The position numbers and the translations under genes are program-made. A stretch of DNA of 64,000 nt from Hydrolagus colliei (taxonomy: Eukaryota), in the NCBI GenBank assembly GCA_035084275.1, contig CM068756.1, forward strand, positions 14,756,001 through 14,820,000. The letters run 5' to 3'. Positions 63,437-64,000 of the stretch are shown one piece after another. Positions within the stretch are counted from its first letter, which is position 1. Each line of letters starts with the position of its first letter. Under the pieces are notes generated by a model. The model ran no database searches. It worked only from the letters and a program-made list of their open reading frames with translations, and was not told the DNA's origin.

Positions 63437-63560
63437 CAGGGCCGTACGCAGGATTTTTTTTGGGGGGGTGCGAATTGCTAGTGATGGGACCAACAATGGC
63501 CGGGGGCTTGCGGGCTGCCCCCGAAGCCCCCTCGAGGTCTCCGACGTTTTACACAGTTTA
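63437..63560. mobile_element. Possible non-autonomous DNA transposon end
   Basis: Starts CAGGGCCGTACGCAGGATTTTTTTTGGGGGGG, a typical MITE/hAT-like terminus; partner TIR not seen in the window. Confidence 0.35.
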
Positions 63561-64000
63561 AGGTCTTATTTAATCGGTTCAGAAGATCCAATATGAACGG
63601 TAAATGTTTCATGCCCTTGGTGTTTAAGAGCATCATTATTTATTCAGTGTTTATATTTTCCCCGGTAGTCCGTGTCTAATTGGGAAGGTCGAATGTGTTC
63701 GCCGATAAAAGCAAACACGATTGTTGACTCGATGATGTAAGGAATGCGAACGATAAAGTAAATTACAATCCAATTAACACAGTACAATGACGAATGCTTG
63801 ATAAATGTATGCGTATAGAGAAAATGATCATAAACTACAGATTGACGGTAATTAATAAGTTGTTCTGCATTGTTATCCTAAGACTAAATTTCTTTCGGAC
63901 TGTAATGAACAATAATGTAAGAGTAAAGTATGAATGATGTGCTCAGATATTCCAGCAAAGCAAATTTTATAAAAGACAAGAAAATATACAGAAACTGAAA

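Noticed and set aside
1-64000. CRISPR arrays, rRNA, prokaryotic features
   Set aside because: None seen; the sequence is intron-containing vertebrate DNA

Overview
Vertebrate genomic DNA, most likely a cartilaginous fish. That assignment is inferred from the L2/CR1/Deu-type SINE repeat content and was not checked by search. The window holds a tandem, all plus-strand cluster of non-rearranging antigen-receptor-like genes. Each is built as leader + one V exon ending in a germline J-like G-x-G-S-x-L-x-V motif + one C1-set exon + TM + tail. Five genes have intact reading frames and splice sites. Genes A (3903-8980), D (41514-45737) and E (53751-59352) have a neutral TM and ITIM/ITSM tails (inhibitory type). 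Genes B (12613-17333) and C (25233-29023+) have a TM Arg and a short tail (activating type). Activating C and inhibitory D have almost identical V and C1 exons. Between the genes lie decayed V/C1/TM remnants, an orphan leader exon, young and old L2 LINEs, CR1 LINE fragments, many tRNA-headed SINEs and a Helitron relic. Exon structures are manual predictions from splice signals, phase and paralog comparison, with no transcript evidence. Repeat boundaries are approximate.
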